Shown one piece after another: positions 18,833 through 31,123 of a stretch of DNA of 64,000 nucleotides. The stretch covers positions 2,651-66,650 of the forward strand of contig JBBPIU010000002.1 in NCBI GenBank assembly GCA_038040245.1, given 5' to 3'. The stretch is from Pseudomonadota bacterium. Lineage in GTDB: Bacteria > Pseudomonadota > Gammaproteobacteria > Burkholderiales > SG8-39. The notes below the pieces were generated by a model that was given only the letters and a program-made list of their open reading frames with translations, ran no database searches and was not told the DNA's origin. A program made the translations under genes and the position numbers. Each line of letters opens with the position of its first letter. The stretch's first letter is position 1.

Positions 18833-19393
18833 ATGACAAAGGTCACCGCAAACCGGATGGCTGTTGGTGCGAGGACCGCCCTCGCCGTGGCGGGGATCGC
18901 GCTGCTCGCGTCCTGCGGCGGCGAAGAGCAGAGCGAGCTCCGGCAGGAGCTCGCTGCGATGACCAAGGATCTGCGCGGCAGGGTCGATCCGTTGCCGCAG
19001 GTGAAGTCCTACGAGCCTGTGCCCTACAAGGGCGAGAGCATGCTCGATCCGTTCGTTCCCGGCCGGATCGTGGTGGCGCAGGCGTCCACCGGCGGCGGCG
19101 GCGGGGGCGGCATGCAGCCCGACCTGAACCGTCCCAAGGAACCGCTGGAGGCATTTCCGCTCGAGTCGATAAAGATGGTGGGCACGCTTAGCCAGAACAA
19201 GAACATGTTTGCGCTGGTCAGGGCCGGCGCCAACCTGTTCCGCGTGAAAAAGGGCAATTACATGGGCCAGAACTTCGGCGTGATCATGGGTATCGAAGAG
19301 GCTCAGATCAGCCTCAAGGAAGTGGTCCAGGACAGCGGCGGGGATTGGGTGGAGCGCAGCATTTCGCTGCAAATGCAGGAGGCCAAGAAATGA
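18833..19393 (+). CDS. pilP: Type IV pilus lipoprotein PilP
   Basis: ATG 18833 with lipobox LLASCGG. Contains a poly-Gly linker. Position in the operon. Confidence 0.85.
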   Translation: MTKVTANRMAVGARTALAVAGIALLASCGGEEQSELRQELAAMTKDLRGRVDPLPQVKSYEPVPYKGESMLDPFVPGRIVVAQASTGGGGGGGMQPDLNRPKEPLEAFPLESIKMVGTLSQNKNMFALVRAGANLFRVKKGNYMGQNFGVIMGIEEAQISLKEVVQDSGGDWVERSISLQMQEAKK

Positions 19394-21507
19394 ACATGTT
19401 CAAACGATTGCAAAAACTGTGCGTCATGCTTGCTGCTGGGCTCGCCTGGACAGGGGCCGTGTTCGCCCAGGCAAACAGCATCGAGTCCTTCGACGTGGCC
19501 CAGCAAGGAGGCAATATCGTGGTGCGGATCACCACCAGGGAGCCCCTCGGGAGCGCGCCTCCCAGCTTCACGGTCGCCAATCCGGCGCGGATCGTGTTCG
19601 ATTTCGCGGGCACCAGCAATGCGCTCGGCCGCAATTCTCAGGAGGTTGGCCAGGGCGAGTTGCGCAGCATGAACCTGGTGCAGGGTTCCGACCGCACGCG
19701 CCTGGTGCTCAATCTGCGCCGCTCGGTGGCCCACGAGGTCGCGCTCGACGGCAGGAACATCATCGTGACCTTGTCTTCCGCCGCCACCGCGCCCACGGGC
19801 GCCGGCGCCGGCCAGGTTACGAGTTTTGCAGAGGGCAGGGCCGATACCAGGCACGCGATCCGCGAAGTGGACTTTCGCCGCGGCAATGCGGGCGAGGGCC
19901 GGATACTGGTCGACCTTACGGACTCCTCCACCGGCATCGATATCCGGCAGCAGGGCCAGAACATCGTGATCGAGTTCCTGAAGACCTCGCTGCCCGAGAA
20001 CCTGCGGCGAAGGCTGGACGTGGTGGACTTTGCCACCCCGGTGCAGACTGTAAGCGCGTTCCAGCAGGGCGAGAACGTGCGCATGGTGATCGAGGCCAAG
20101 GGGCAATGGGAACACAACGCCTATCAGTCCGACACCCAGTTCGTCATCGAGGTGAAGGCAGCGGTGCAGGATCCGGCGAAGCTCGCGCAGCGCGGTCGCT
20201 ATTCCGGCGAAAAGCTGTCGCTCAACTTCCAGAACGTCGAAGTGCGCGCGGTGCTGAACGTCATCGCCGACTTCACCGACCTGAACATCATCACCAGCGA
20301 CACGGTCGGCGGCAATATCACACTGCGGCTGAAAGACGTGCCCTGGGATCAGGCCCTCGACATCATCCTGCAGACGCGCGGCCTGGACCTGCGCAGGTCC
20401 GGCAACGTGATCTGGATTGCGCCGCGGGATGAACTCGCGACGCGCGAGAAGCTTGCGCTCGAATCCCAGTCGCAGATTAGCGAGCTGGAGCAGACCCGCA
20501 CCGAAGCTTTCCAGATGAACTATCAGAAGGCGGCCGATGTGCAGAAGCTGCTTTCCGATCCGGCCCAGCGGATGCTCTCCAAGCGCGGCAGCGCCGTCGT
20601 CGACGCGCGCACCAACACTCTGTTCGTGCAGGACACGCCGAGCCGCCTCGAGGAGGTGCGCAAGCTCATCGCGCGCATCGACGTGCCGGTACGCCAGGTC
20701 ATGATCGAGGCGCGCATCGTGGAGGCCTCCGAGCTGTTCAACCGTAACCTAGGCGCCAAGCTCGGCTTCAATACGGTCGGCTTGGCCAACGGCAGCCGCC
20801 TGCCGGGGCAGGTGCCTGGCGGGAACACGCGCTACGCGTTCGGCAGCACGATCGGCAACACCGACGCAGGTTCCGTGGGCGGCGTCCAGGGTGGCGGGGC
20901 GACCGACGGCCTGAGCGTCAATCTGCCGGCCGCAGGTCTCAGCGCGTTCAACGCCGGCACCTTCTCCTTCATCCTGTTCAATGCTGGGCTGACCAAGTTC
21001 CTGAATCTGGAAATCTCGGCGCTCGAGGCCGACGGCAAGGGCAAGACCATTTCCAGCCCGCGGGTGCTGACGGCGGACCAGGTCGAGGCGGTGATCGAGC
21101 AGGGCACGGAGATTCCATACCAGCAGGCGACGTCATCGGGTGCGACCAGCGTGTCCTTCCGCAAGGCAAACCTCTCGCTCAAGGTGAAGCCGCAGATCAC
21201 GCCGGACGGCAACATCATCATGACGCTCGACGTGAACAAGGACGAGCCCGGCGCGACCACGCCGGCCGGCATCGCGATCAGTACCAAGCACGTCAAGACC
21301 GAGGTGCTGGTGGAAAACGGCGGCACGGTCGTCATCGGCGGCATCTACGACCAGCGCGACCGCAACGACGTCACGCGCGTGCCGTTCTTCGGCGACCTGC
21401 CGTATATCGGGTTCCTGTTCAAAAACACGGTCAACACCTCGAGCAAGACCGAATTGCTGGTGTTCATCACGCCCCGGATCGTGAACGAGCGCCTGACCGT
21501 CCGCTGA
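19390..21507 (+). CDS. pilQ: Type IV pilus secretin PilQ
   Basis: ATGA overlap with pilP. AMIN-like N-terminal repeats and the secretin C-domain (VPFFGDLPYIGFLFK...LLVFITPRIV). Confidence 0.95.
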   Translation: MNMFKRLQKLCVMLAAGLAWTGAVFAQANSIESFDVAQQGGNIVVRITTREPLGSAPPSFTVANPARIVFDFAGTSNALGRNSQEVGQGELRSMNLVQGSDRTRLVLNLRRSVAHEVALDGRNIIVTLSSAATAPTGAGAGQVTSFAEGRADTRHAIREVDFRRGNAGEGRILVDLTDSSTGIDIRQQGQNIVIEFLKTSLPENLRRRLDVVDFATPVQTVSAFQQGENVRMVIEAKGQWEHNAYQSDTQFVIEVKAAVQDPAKLAQRGRYSGEKLSLNFQNVEVRAVLNVIADFTDLNIITSDTVGGNITLRLKDVPWDQALDIILQTRGLDLRRSGNVIWIAPRDELATREKLALESQSQISELEQTRTEAFQMNYQKAADVQKLLSDPAQRMLSKRGSAVVDARTNTLFVQDTPSRLEEVRKLIARIDVPVRQVMIEARIVEASELFNRNLGAKLGFNTVGLANGSRLPGQVPGGNTRYAFGSTIGNTDAGSVGGVQGGGATDGLSVNLPAAGLSAFNAGTFSFILFNAGLTKFLNLEISALEADGKGKTISSPRVLTADQVEAVIEQGTEIPYQQATSSGATSVSFRKANLSLKVKPQITPDGNIIMTLDVNKDEPGATTPAGIAISTKHVKTEVLVENGGTVVIGGIYDQRDRNDVTRVPFFGDLPYIGFLFKNTVNTSSKTELLVFITPRIVNERLTVR

Positions 21508-21528
21508 CGCAACTTCCCAGCACAATCG

Positions 21529-21559
21529 AACGGCCGGGTCCTCCCGGCCGTTTCTTTTT
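21529..21559 (+). terminator. Rho-independent terminator after pilQ
   Basis: AACGGCCGGG-tcct-CCCGGCCGTT stem (9-10 bp) followed by TTTCTTTTT. A TAGAAT -10-like hexamer at 21567-21572 precedes aroK. Confidence 0.8.
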
Positions 21560-21580
21560 CCACCTGCGTAGAATGACGCC

Positions 21581-22114
21581 GTGAAACCCGAGGGCAGTCT
21601 CATCCTTGTCGGCATGATGGGCGCGGGCAAGACCACCGTGGGCCGGCTGCTCGCGCGGCGCCTGAAGCGCAGCTTTTACGACTCCGACGAGGAGATCGAG
21701 CGCCGCTGCGGCGTGCGCATCCCCGTGATCTTCGACATCGAGGGCGAAGCGGGTTTCCGGGCGCGGGAGACGCAGGTGATTGCGGAACTCTGCGCGCTGG
21801 ACAACGCAGTACTTGCCACCGGCGGCGGCGCGGTGCTTGCCGAGGAGAATCGCCGAATTATCGCCGCCCGCGGCATCGTCGTTTACCTACATGCGCGTCC
21901 GCCGCACCTCTGGCAGCGCGTGCGGCACGACCGCAACCGACCGCTGCTTGCAACCGCGGATCCCCAGAAGAAAGTGGAGGCGCTCTACGCCGAGCGCGAC
22001 CCCCTTTACCGCGAGGTTGCCGACCTGGTGGTCGATACCGGCAAGCAGAGCGTGCAGACGCTGGCGAAGGACCTCCTCACACGCCTGGAGGGCAGATGCA
22101 GCCTCTCAGCGTAA
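21581..22114 (+). CDS. aroK: Shikimate kinase
   Basis: GTG start. Walker [13 protein letters not shown]. Position before aroB. Confidence 0.9.
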   Translation: MKPEGSLILVGMMGAGKTTVGRLLARRLKRSFYDSDEEIERRCGVRIPVIFDIEGEAGFRARETQVIAELCALDNAVLATGGGAVLAEENRRIIAARGIVVYLHARPPHLWQRVRHDRNRPLLATADPQKKVEALYAERDPLYREVADLVVDTGKQSVQTLAKDLLTRLEGRCSLSA

Positions 22115-23178
22115 CCCTGGGCGATCGTTCCTACCCGATCCACATCGGGGCCGGCCTGCTGGACGATGCGAAGATGTACGCGCAGTACGTTGCGTCGAGA
22201 AGCGTCGCCGTAATCACCAACAAGGTCGTCGCGCCGCTTTATCTCGAGCGCATGCAGCGTGCGCTCGAGCAGGCTGGGGGCCGCGTGGTCCCGGTCCTGA
22301 TCGAGGATGGCGAACAGGCGAAAGCCTGGGCCACGCTCGACCACGTGATCGACGCGCTGCTGGCCGCGCGCTGCGGCCGCGATTCGGTCATTGTCGCCCT
22401 GGGTGGCGGCGTGGTCGGTGACCTCGCAGGATTCGCGGCGGCGGTGTACCAGCGCGGGATCGCGTTCATCCAGGTGCCGACGACGCTGCTCGCACAGGTG
22501 GATTCCTCGGTCGGAGGCAAGACCGCGATCAACCACGCGCGCGGCAAGAACATGGTCGGCGCATTCCACCAGCCGCTGGCCGTGATCGCCGATGTCGCCA
22601 CGCTGGATTCGCTGCCCGACCGAGAGCTGCGCGCCGGAATCGCGGAGGTCATCAAGCACGGTCTGATCCTGGATCTGGAGTTTCTGGAATGGCTCGAAAA
22701 ACAGATGGAAAAACTGCTTGCGCGTGACCCCGTCGCGCTGGCGCACGCGGTGCGTCGCTCCTGCGAGCTCAAGGCGCAGGTCGTCGCCGTCGACGAGCGC
22801 GAGACCGGCCTGCGCGCGATCCTGAATTTCGGCCATACCTTCGGCCATGCCATCGAGGCCGGGGTCGGCTACGGCGAGTGGCTGCACGGCGAAGCGGTCG
22901 CGACCGGGATGGTGATGGCAGCCGAGCTGTCGGTGCGCACCGGCACGCTGCGCCGCGAGGACGCCGATCGGGTCACGGCACTCATTGCGCGCGCCGGCTT
23001 GCCGGTACGCGGCCCCATGCTGCCGATCGAGCGGTACCTCGAACTGATGCAGGTGGACAAGAAGGCCTCCGGCGGCCGGGTCCGCTTCATCCTGCTCGAA
23101 GGGCTGGGCCGTGCGACGCTGCGCGGCGACCTCGATACCGGCCTGGTACGCGAAAGCATCGCCGCTGCAGCGCAGTAG
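22096..23178 (+). CDS. aroB: 3-dehydroquinate synthase
   Basis: [38 protein letters not shown] and HTFGHAIE motifs. Confidence 0.95.
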   Translation: MQPLSVTLGDRSYPIHIGAGLLDDAKMYAQYVASRSVAVITNKVVAPLYLERMQRALEQAGGRVVPVLIEDGEQAKAWATLDHVIDALLAARCGRDSVIVALGGGVVGDLAGFAAAVYQRGIAFIQVPTTLLAQVDSSVGGKTAINHARGKNMVGAFHQPLAVIADVATLDSLPDRELRAGIAEVIKHGLILDLEFLEWLEKQMEKLLARDPVALAHAVRRSCELKAQVVAVDERETGLRAILNFGHTFGHAIEAGVGYGEWLHGEAVATGMVMAAELSVRTGTLRREDADRVTALIARAGLPVRGPMLPIERYLELMQVDKKASGGRVRFILLEGLGRATLRGDLDTGLVRESIAAAAQ

Positions 23179-23303
23179 GGTCGTCCTCAGGGGGCAAACC
23201 CTTGTAAGCGTGTGGTTCCACGGGTATATTTCAAAGTTCACCTTCAATTTTTGTGCGGCGCGGCGAATAGGCCAGAAAGTCTCTCTTAATCAATAAGATA
23301 CGC

Positions 23304-26300
23304 ATGAGTTCACCATTTCAACCGGAAGCGCAAGGCCTCTACGACCCAGCGTATGAGCACGACGGCTGCGGGGTCGGTTTCGTCGCGCACATCAAGGGCA
23401 AGAAATCGCATTTGATCGTCGAGCAGGGCCTCACGATCCTGAAGAATCTCAACCACCGCGGCGCGGTGGGTTGGGATCCGAAGCTTTCCGACGGCGCCGG
23501 CCTGATGATCCAGATGCCGGACCGGTTCCTGCGCGAAGAGATGGCCAAGCGCGGCGTGCGCCTGCCGCCGTTCGGGCAATACGGAGTCGGCATGGTGTTC
23601 CTGCCGCGCGACCCGGCGAGCCGCTTCGCCTGCGAGTACGAGATCGAGCGCGCGATCAAGGACGAAGGCCAGGTGCTGCTCGGCTGGCGCGACGTGCCGG
23701 TGGACAACTCGGACCTCGCCGAACCGGCAAAGAAACTCGAGCCGGTGATCCGCCAGGTTTTTGTCGGGCGCGGCGCGGGCGTCACCGTGACTGATGCGCT
23801 CGAGCGCAAGCTCTACATCATCCGCAAGAGCTCCGGGCACGCAATCCAGACGCTCAAGCTGGAGCACGGCAAGGAGTTCTACGTGCCGTCGATGTCGGCG
23901 CGCCTGCTCTGCTACAAGGGGATGCTGCTCGCAATCCAGGTCGGCGAGTACTACCTGGATCTCAAGGATCCGCGCGTCGAGTCGGCGCTTGCCCTGGTGC
24001 ACCAGCGCTTTTCGACCAATACTTTCCCGTCGTGGGACCTGGCGCACCCGTTCCGCATGATCTGCCACAACGGCGAGATCAACACGGTGCGCGGCAACGT
24101 GAACTGGATCCGCGCCCGGCAGGGAGCGATCTCCAGCCCGGTGCTGGGCGACGATCTCGCCAAGATCTGGCCGCTGATCTATGACGGCCAGTCGGACTCG
24201 GCTTCATTCGACAATGCGCTGGAACTCCTGGTGATGGGTGGCTACTCCATCGCGCACGCGGTAATGATGATGATTCCCGAGGCGTGGGAGAACCACACGC
24301 TGATGGACCCCAGCCGGCGCGCCTTCTACGAATATCACGCCGCGATGATGGAGCCCTGGGACGGTCCCGCTTCGATCGCCTTTACCGACGGGCGCCAGAT
24401 CGGCGCCACGCTCGATCGCAACGGCCTGCGGCCCTCGCGCTACATCGTCACCGACGACGACCTGGTGATCATGGGCTCGGAGTGCGGCTGCCTGCCGGTT
24501 GCCGAGGAACGCATCATCAAGAAATGGCGCCTGCAGCCGGGCAAGATGTTCCTGGTCGACCTGGAGAAGGGCCGCATCATCGACGACAAGGAACTGAAGG
24601 AATCGCTCGCCGGCGCCAAGCCCTACGCCGAGTGGATCGAGCGCATTCGCGTCAAGCTGGACGAAGTGGAATCGGAGAAGACCGCGCCGCTCAAGTCTTC
24701 GGTGCCGCTGCTCGATCGCCAGCAGGCCTTTGCCTATACGCAGGAGGACATCAAGTTCCAGCTGCTGCCGATGGCGGTGGCGGGCGAAGAGCCGACGGGA
24801 TCGATGGGCAACGATGCGGCGCTCGCGATCCTGTCGAAAAAGGACAAGACGCTTTATCACTACTTCAAGCAGCTGTTCGCGCAGGTGACCAATCCGGCGA
24901 TCGACCCGATCCGCGAGGAACTGGTCACCTCGCTGGTGTCCTTCATCGGGCCCAAGCCCAACCTGCTCGGCATCGACGAGATGAATCCGCCGCTGCGGCT
25001 GGAAGTCGGCCAGCCGGTGCTCGATTTCTACGAGATGGAGAAAGTCCGCTACATCGAGCGCTACACCGGCGGCAAATTCCGTTCTCTCGAGCTCGACATC
25101 ACCTATCCGGTCTCCTGGGGCAAGGAAGCGGTCGAGGCGCGGCTTGCCTCCCTGTGCGCGCAGGCTGAGGACGCGGTGCGCTCGGGCTATTCGATCGTGA
25201 TCGTCTCCGATCGCCATGTGGACAAGGAGCGGGTCGCGATCCCGGCGCTGCTCGCGCTCTCGGCGATCCACCAGCACCTGGTAAACAAGGGCCTGCGCAC
25301 CTCGACCGGCTTGGTGGTCGAAACCGGTTCGGCGCGCGAGGTGCACCATTTCGCGCTGCTCGGCGGCTACGGCGCGGAGGCTGTGCATCCCTACCTCGCG
25401 CTCGAAACCTTGCTCGCGGTGAACGCGGGAGATCCTGCGGCGGGCTCGAAGGCGATCAAGAACTACGTCAAGGCGATCGGCAAGGGTCTGAAAAAAGTGA
25501 TGTCCAAGATGGGCATCTCGACCTACATGTCCTATACCGGCGCACAGATTTTCGAGGCCGTGGGACTTGCCCGCTCGCTGGTGGAGAAGTACTTCCGGGG
25601 CACGGCGTCTTCGATCGAAGGCATCGGCGTGCTTGAACTCGCCGAGGAGACGATCCGCATTCATCGCAGCGCGTTCGGCGACAAGGATCCGGTGCTGCAA
25701 ACGATGCTTGACGAGGGCGGCGAATACGCCTGGCGGGTGCGCGGCGAAGAGCACGCCTGGACGCCCGACGTGATCGCCAAGCTGCAGCATTCCGCGCGGC
25801 AGAACTCGTCTTCGACCTACAAGGAATACGCGGCGCTGATCAACGACCAGTCGCGCCGGCAGTTGACCCTGCGTGGCCTGTTCGAGTTCCGGTTCGATCG
25901 CTGCAAGCCGGTGCCGATCGAGGAAGTCGAGCCGGCATCCGAGATCGTAAAGCGCTTCTCGACCGGGGCGATGTCGCTCGGCTCGATTTCGACTGAAGCC
26001 CACACGGTGCTCGCGATCGCGATGAACCGCATCGGCGGCAAATCCAACACCGGCGAGGGCGGCGAGGACCGCAGGCGCTACGCGCCGGTGAAAGCGGGCG
26101 AGACCCTGCAATCGCGGCTCGGCCGCGAGCGCGTCGAAGTGGACATTGCCCTGAAAGAGGGCGATTCGCTCAACTCCAAGATCAAGCAGGTCGCCTCGGG
26201 CCGTTTTGGCGTCACCGCGGAATATCTCGCCGCGGCGGAGATGCTGCAGATCAAGATTGCCCAGGGCGCAAAACCGGGCGAAGGCGGGCAGCTTCCGGGC

Positions 26301-27953
26301 AAGAAAGTCTCCGAGTACATCGCCGAACTGCGCTATGCGACGCCGGGCGTCGAGCTGATCTCGCCGCCGCCGCACCACGACATCTACTCGATCGAGGATA
26401 TCGCGCAGCTGATCCACGATCTCAAGAATGCGAACCCCGCAGCCGCGGTGAGCGTGAAGCTCGTGTCGGAAGTCGGCGTGGGCACGATCGCCGCCGGCGT
26501 CGCCAAGGCGAAGGCCGACCACGTTACGATCTCCGGCCACGACGGCGGCACCGGGGCCTCGCCCTGGTCCTCGATCATGCATGCCGGCACGCCCTGGGAA
26601 CTCGGGCTCGCCGAGACGCAACAGACGCTGACCCTGAACCGCCTGCGCGGACGCATCGCGGTGCAGGTGGACGGACAGATGAAGACCGGGCGCGACGTGA
26701 TCGTCGGTGCGCTCCTCGGTGCAGATGAATTCGGTTTTGCCACTGCTCCTTTGGTCGTCGAAGGCTGCATCATGATGAGGAAGTGCCACCTGAATACCTG
26801 CCCGGTAGGCATCGCGACGCAGGATCCGGCGCTGCGCAAGAAGTTCGAGGGCAAACCCGAGCACGTGGTGAACTATCTGTTCTTCGTCGCCGAGGAAGCG
26901 CGCGAGCTGATGGCAAAGCTCGGCGTGCGGCGCGTCGAGGAGCTGATCGGCCGCGCCGATCTCCTCGACACGAGGAAGAGTATCGAGCACTGGAAAGCGA
27001 AGGGGCTCGATTTCTCCCGCATCTTCCACCTGCCAAAGGTGCCGGTGGAGGTCGCGCGCCACCACTGCGAGACGCAGGACCATGGCCTTGGCAAGGCGCT
27101 GGACAACCGGCTGATCGAACTCGCGCGCCCGGCGCTGGAGCGCGGCGAAAAGGTGACCATCGAAACGCCGATCCGCAACATCAACCGCACGGTCGGTACC
27201 ATGCTTTCCGGCGAGATCGCCAAGCGTTACGGACACGAAGGATTGCCCGACGAGACCGTTCATGTGCGGCTCGCCGGCTCCGCCGGACAGAGCTTCGGCG
27301 CCTTCCTTGCGCGCGGCGTATGGCTGGACCTGATCGGCGATACCAACGACTACTGCGGCAAGGGGCTCTCGGGCGGCCGCATCTCGGTCCAGCCTTCAGC
27401 CAAGTTCCGCGGCGAGCCGACCGAGAACATCATCACCGGCAATGTCGTGCTCTACGGCGCGATCGAAGGCGAGGCGTTTTTCCGCGGCGTCGCGGGTGAG
27501 CGCTTTGCGGTCCGCAATTCCGGCGCGCGGGCGGTGGTCGAGGGCGTGGGCGACCACGGTTGCGAGTACATGACCGGCGGAACGGTGGTGGTTCTGGGTG
27601 CCACCGGCCGCAATTTCGCCGCCGGCATGTCGGGCGGCATCGCCTACGTGCTGGACGAGAAGGGCGACTTCGCCAGGTACTGCAACACTTCGATGGTGGC
27701 GCTGGAGCCCCTGCTTGCCGAGCCGGAACAGGAGGCGAAGCTCGCGCGCGAGTTCTGGCACAAAGGCGAGTCGGATGAAGCCGTGGCGAAACGCCTGATC
27801 GAGCGCCATGCGCGCTACACGGGTAGCGCGCAGGCGAAACGCATCCTCGAGCGCTGGAGCGAGTACCGGCCGAAGTTCGTCAAGGTGTTCCCGAACGAGT
27901 ACCGGCGCGCGCTGGGCGAGCTCGCCGCCAAGCCCAAGCGTCTCGCGGCGTAG
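23304..27953 (+). CDS. gltB: Glutamate synthase large subunit
   Basis: 1549 aa. Ntn amidotransferase start (CGVGF), FMN domain and the GXGXG C-terminal domain. Confidence 0.95.
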   Translation: MSSPFQPEAQGLYDPAYEHDGCGVGFVAHIKGKKSHLIVEQGLTILKNLNHRGAVGWDPKLSDGAGLMIQMPDRFLREEMAKRGVRLPPFGQYGVGMVFLPRDPASRFACEYEIERAIKDEGQVLLGWRDVPVDNSDLAEPAKKLEPVIRQVFVGRGAGVTVTDALERKLYIIRKSSGHAIQTLKLEHGKEFYVPSMSARLLCYKGMLLAIQVGEYYLDLKDPRVESALALVHQRFSTNTFPSWDLAHPFRMICHNGEINTVRGNVNWIRARQGAISSPVLGDDLAKIWPLIYDGQSDSASFDNALELLVMGGYSIAHAVMMMIPEAWENHTLMDPSRRAFYEYHAAMMEPWDGPASIAFTDGRQIGATLDRNGLRPSRYIVTDDDLVIMGSECGCLPVAEERIIKKWRLQPGKMFLVDLEKGRIIDDKELKESLAGAKPYAEWIERIRVKLDEVESEKTAPLKSSVPLLDRQQAFAYTQEDIKFQLLPMAVAGEEPTGSMGNDAALAILSKKDKTLYHYFKQLFAQVTNPAIDPIREELVTSLVSFIGPKPNLLGIDEMNPPLRLEVGQPVLDFYEMEKVRYIERYTGGKFRSLELDITYPVSWGKEAVEARLASLCAQAEDAVRSGYSIVIVSDRHVDKERVAIPALLALSAIHQHLVNKGLRTSTGLVVETGSAREVHHFALLGGYGAEAVHPYLALETLLAVNAGDPAAGSKAIKNYVKAIGKGLKKVMSKMGISTYMSYTGAQIFEAVGLARSLVEKYFRGTASSIEGIGVLELAEETIRIHRSAFGDKDPVLQTMLDEGGEYAWRVRGEEHAWTPDVIAKLQHSARQNSSSTYKEYAALINDQSRRQLTLRGLFEFRFDRCKPVPIEEVEPASEIVKRFSTGAMSLGSISTEAHTVLAIAMNRIGGKSNTGEGGEDRRRYAPVKAGETLQSRLGRERVEVDIALKEGDSLNSKIKQVASGRFGVTAEYLAAAEMLQIKIAQGAKPGEGGQLPGKKVSEYIAELRYATPGVELISPPPHHDIYSIEDIAQLIHDLKNANPAAAVSVKLVSEVGVGTIAAGVAKAKADHVTISGHDGGTGASPWSSIMHAGTPWELGLAETQQTLTLNRLRGRIAVQVDGQMKTGRDVIVGALLGADEFGFATAPLVVEGCIMMRKCHLNTCPVGIATQDPALRKKFEGKPEHVVNYLFFVAEEARELMAKLGVRRVEELIGRADLLDTRKSIEHWKAKGLDFSRIFHLPKVPVEVARHHCETQDHGLGKALDNRLIELARPALERGEKVTIETPIRNINRTVGTMLSGEIAKRYGHEGLPDETVHVRLAGSAGQSFGAFLARGVWLDLIGDTNDYCGKGLSGGRISVQPSAKFRGEPTENIITGNVVLYGAIEGEAFFRGVAGERFAVRNSGARAVVEGVGDHGCEYMTGGTVVVLGATGRNFAAGMSGGIAYVLDEKGDFARYCNTSMVALEPLLAEPEQEAKLAREFWHKGESDEAVAKRLIERHARYTGSAQAKRILERWSEYRPKFVKVFPNEYRRALGELAAKPKRLAA

Positions 27954-27960
27954 GCAGCGC

Positions 27961-29424
27961 GTGGGCAAAATCACCGGATTCCTGGACTACGAGCGCCTTG
28001 AAGAGCCGCACGAAGGCAAGGTTTCGCGCAAAAAGCACTACCGCGAGTTCTACCTGCGCCTGGCCGACGAAGACGCGAAGATCCAGGGCGCGCGCTGCAT
28101 GGACTGCGGGATCCCGTTTTGCATGCAGGGCTGTCCGGTCAACAACATCATTCCCGACTTCAACGACCTGGTTTACCGGCAGGACTGGGAGCGGGCGATC
28201 GAAACGCTGCACTCGACCAACAATTTTCCCGAGTTCACGGGCCGCATCTGCCCGGCGCCTTGCGAGGAAGCCTGCGTGCTGCGCATCAATGAGGATCCAG
28301 TCGGGATCAAGTCGATCGAACACGCGATCATCGACAAAGCCTGGGAATCAGGCTGGGTGAAGGCGCAGCCCGCGGCATACAAGACCGGCAAGAAAGTCGC
28401 CGTGGTTGGCTCAGGCCCCGCGGGCCTCGCCTGCGCGCAGCAGCTCGCGCGCGCCGGCCACGAAGTCACCGTATTCGAGAAGAACGACCGCATCGGCGGA
28501 CAGCTGCGCTATGGCATTCCCGATTTCAAGCTCGAGAAGAAAGTCATCGACCGCCGCCTCGGGCAGATGGCGGCCGAAGGCGTGGTTTTCCGCACTGGTA
28601 TCAGGATCGGAAAAGACAAGCCGGGTAAAGGGGTTCCGGACTGGGCGACTGAGGTGGTGGGAGCGCAGAAAGTTCTTGCCGATTTTGATGCGGTAATCCT
28701 CTCGGGCGGTGCGGAGGTTTCGCGCGACCTGCCGATCCCGGGGCGCGAGCTGGCCGGCGTGCATTTCGCGATGGAGTTCCTGCCGCTGCAGAACAAGCGC
28801 GTCGCGGGCGATAAGGGCGTGCCCGAACTCGGGGCGGGCGGCAAGCATGTCGTGGTCATCGGGGGCGGCGATACGGGCTCGGACTGCGTCGGCACCGCCA
28901 ACCGCCACGGTGCCGCCTCGGTCACGCAATTCGAGCTGCTGCCGATGCCACCCGACGTGGAGCGCAATCCGGTGTGGCCCTACTGGCCGACACGCCTGCG
29001 CACTTCTTCCTCGCATGAAGAGGGCGTCGAGCGCGACTGGTCCATCGCCACGAAAGCTCTGGTCGGCGAAGGCGGCAAGGTCAAGACCTTGAAAGCCGTG
29101 CGGCTGGCATGGAAGGATGGCAAGCCGGCCGAAATTCCAGGCTCGGAATTCGACCTGCCCGCCGATCTGGTCCTGCTGGCGATGGGCTTCGTCTCGCCGG
29201 TGCAGTCACTGCTCGAAGAGTTCGGCGTCGAGAAGGATGCTCGTGGCAATGCCAAAGCGGCGACCGAAGGCGCCGGCAGCTACGCCACCAGCGTGCCAAA
29301 GGTGTTTGCCGCGGGCGACATGCGCCGCGGCCAGTCGCTCGTGGTGTGGGCGATCCGCGAGGGCCGGCAATGTGCCCGCGCGGTGGACGAATTCCTGATG
29401 GGGTTCTCGGAGTTGCCGCGCTAG
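27961..29424 (+). CDS. gltD: Glutamate synthase small subunit (NADPH)
   Basis: GTG 27961 ([12 protein letters not shown]). Fe-S Cys clusters and the [10 protein letters not shown] dinucleotide motif. Confidence 0.9.
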   Translation: MGKITGFLDYERLEEPHEGKVSRKKHYREFYLRLADEDAKIQGARCMDCGIPFCMQGCPVNNIIPDFNDLVYRQDWERAIETLHSTNNFPEFTGRICPAPCEEACVLRINEDPVGIKSIEHAIIDKAWESGWVKAQPAAYKTGKKVAVVGSGPAGLACAQQLARAGHEVTVFEKNDRIGGQLRYGIPDFKLEKKVIDRRLGQMAAEGVVFRTGIRIGKDKPGKGVPDWATEVVGAQKVLADFDAVILSGGAEVSRDLPIPGRELAGVHFAMEFLPLQNKRVAGDKGVPELGAGGKHVVVIGGGDTGSDCVGTANRHGAASVTQFELLPMPPDVERNPVWPYWPTRLRTSSSHEEGVERDWSIATKALVGEGGKVKTLKAVRLAWKDGKPAEIPGSEFDLPADLVLLAMGFVSPVQSLLEEFGVEKDARGNAKAATEGAGSYATSVPKVFAAGDMRRGQSLVVWAIREGRQCARAVDEFLMGFSELPR

Positions 29425-29436
29425 GGAGGCGCGCGC

Positions 29437-30078
29437 ATGACCGCCACGGGGCAGCGCAGCCACACGCTCTCGGACGCGGACCTGATGGCGGTGGGTTCGC
29501 ACGGTGTCGCGCGCACCTATCCCAAGAACACGATCATCGTCAGCGAGGGTGACCAGACCGATTCGCTCTACATTATCCTCAAGGGCCGGGTGAAGGTCTT
29601 CGTCAGCGACGATGCCGGCCACGAGGTCCTGCTCCTGACCCAGGGTCCGGGCGAGTATTTCGGCGAGTTGGTGCTCGATGAGGGCCCGCGTGCTGCATCT
29701 GTCATGACCCTGGAGCCGGCGCGCTTCCTGGTGGTGCAGAAAAAAGACTTCCACGACTTCGTTATCAAGAACCCGGCGTTCGCGCTGAGCCTGATCGAGA
29801 AACTGATCGCGCGCGTACGCTCGCTGACCGCGAGCGTGAAGAGCCTCGCGCTGATGGACGTCTACGGCCGGGTCGCCCGGCTGCTCCTCGAGCTCGCCGA
29901 GGAGCGCGACGGGGGCATGGTGATCAACCAGCGCCTGACGCAGCAGGACATGGCGAGCCGTATCGGCGCCTCGCGAGAGATGGTAAGCCGCATCCTCAAG
30001 GACCTGTCCGCCGGCGGCTACCTGACCCAGTCCCGCAGCGGGATCGTGCTGCACCGCAAACCTCCAGAGCACTGGTAG
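29437..30078 (+). CDS. Crp/Fnr-family transcriptional regulator (cNMP-binding domain plus HTH)
   Basis: YFGELVL cNMP-binding signature and C-terminal TQQDMASRIGASREMVSRILKDL HTH. Confidence 0.85.
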   Translation: MTATGQRSHTLSDADLMAVGSHGVARTYPKNTIIVSEGDQTDSLYIILKGRVKVFVSDDAGHEVLLLTQGPGEYFGELVLDEGPRAASVMTLEPARFLVVQKKDFHDFVIKNPAFALSLIEKLIARVRSLTASVKSLALMDVYGRVARLLLELAEERDGGMVINQRLTQQDMASRIGASREMVSRILKDLSAGGYLTQSRSGIVLHRKPPEHW

Positions 30079-30188
30079 GCCGACCCGGGGAGTGTGCTTT
30101 TCGCACAGTCTCCGGCCGCATTCCTCCGCTGACCCCGATGCTTGGTCGGTCTACGCTGATCCGGCACTCTACCCAATGGGAGGGGACC

Positions 30189-30404
30189 ATGAACCTCAAA
30201 GAGCACTTGCAGTTCCTGATCATGATTATCCCGACCTTGCTGCTGCTGACCGCTGTCGCGGCCTCGCTGGCGTTTCCAGCCCAGAGCGCGGGAGCGCCGT
30301 CCGTTGGACTGGCGCTCGCCGCCAGCCTTGCCGAAACCGAGGCGGCAATCGTCCAGGACAGCCACATCGGGCGCGTAAATTCCGCCCCGCCAGATAGCCG
30401 GTAG
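30189..30404 (+). CDS. Hypothetical small membrane-anchored protein
   Basis: GGGAGGGG RBS 3 nt before ATG 30189. One hydrophobic helix (FLIMIIPTLLLLTAVAASLAF). No recognisable family. Confidence 0.35.
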   Translation: MNLKEHLQFLIMIIPTLLLLTAVAASLAFPAQSAGAPSVGLALAASLAETEAAIVQDSHIGRVNSAPPDSR

Positions 30405-30424
30405 GCTGGGGCGCGGGGGCAGCC

Positions 30425-31123
30425 TCAGTCCCCCGCGGGCGCGATCCGGAATTCGGTCACCGACGGCTCGGAGACGAGCCGCGCCGAGAAAGTCTGCGCG
30501 TTGGCTGCGTGCAGGGTACGCAACACCATCTGGTATTCGAACTCGCGCCCCTGGCCGGCGATCCGGTAGCTCATGTTGGTGACGCTGAAGCCGTGCTCCG
30601 CGATCAGGCGCCGCAATTCGGCCTCCGGCATCACTTGTTCGCGCGCGAAGCGAACCAGGAAATTGGCGTAGAACTCTGCGGGTATCTTGCCCTCGATCCA
30701 GCGGAACACCGAGAGCGTCCCGAGCGTCAGAACGGTCCCCAAGCCGGCGGCAAAGTAAAAGCCGATTCCGGCCAGGATGCCGATCGCGGCCGTGATCCAG
30801 ATCGAGGCGGCGGTGGTGAGACCGCGCACCGTCAGGCCTTCCTTGACGATCACGCCGGCGCCCAGAAAGCCGATGCCGGTCATGATCCCCTGCGCCATGC
30901 GGGTTGGGTCGATCACGACGCGCGCCGCCGCAATGCTCGCGATCCAGTGCGATTCGAACACGGTGACGAGCATCAGCAGGCTCGAAGCAATGCACACCAG
31001 CGCGTGGGTGCGAAAGCCCGCGGCGCGGCCGCGGTAGCTGCGCTCCAGGCCGATGATGCCGCCCGCCGCCAGCGCCGCGACCAGCCGCCAACACATCTCC
31101 AGATAATCGCCGTTTGTGCTCAT
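30425..31123 (-). CDS. mgtC: MgtC/SapB family membrane protein
   Basis: N-terminal LVAALAAGGIIGLERSYRGRAAGFRTHALVC signature. Start set at ATG 31123. Confidence 0.85.
   Translation of the reverse strand: MSTNGDYLEMCWRLVAALAAGGIIGLERSYRGRAAGFRTHALVCIASSLLMLVTVFESHWIASIAAARVVIDPTRMAQGIMTGIGFLGAGVIVKEGLTVRGLTTAASIWITAAIGILAGIGFYFAAGLGTVLTLGTLSVFRWIEGKIPAEFYANFLVRFAREQVMPEAELRRLIAEHGFSVTNMSYRIAGQGREFEYQMVLRTLHAANAQTFSARLVSEPSVTEFRIAPAGD

Noticed and set aside
19091-19112. The (GGC)n/G-run in pilP as a slipped-strand phase-variation tract.
   Set aside because: The repeat is a short in-frame triplet run encoding a Gly linker. The longest homopolymer run is only five G.
23179-23303. The AT-rich gltB upstream region as a sigma-54 promoter or sRNA.
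   Set aside because: No TGGCAC-N5-TTGC spacing was found, and there is no convincing terminator for an sRNA. It is probably an ordinary promoter/UP-element region.
24204-27263. Very long antisense ORFs, for example 1019 aa opposite gltB, 738 aa at 9016-11232 opposite the RND gene, 647 aa at 44565-46508 and 748 aa at 48353-50599.
   Set aside because: These are typical stop-codon-poor shadow frames of GC-rich DNA. Their translations are Arg/Ala/Gly/Pro-rich low-complexity sequence with no motifs, and each overlaps a gene that has clear family signatures on the other strand.
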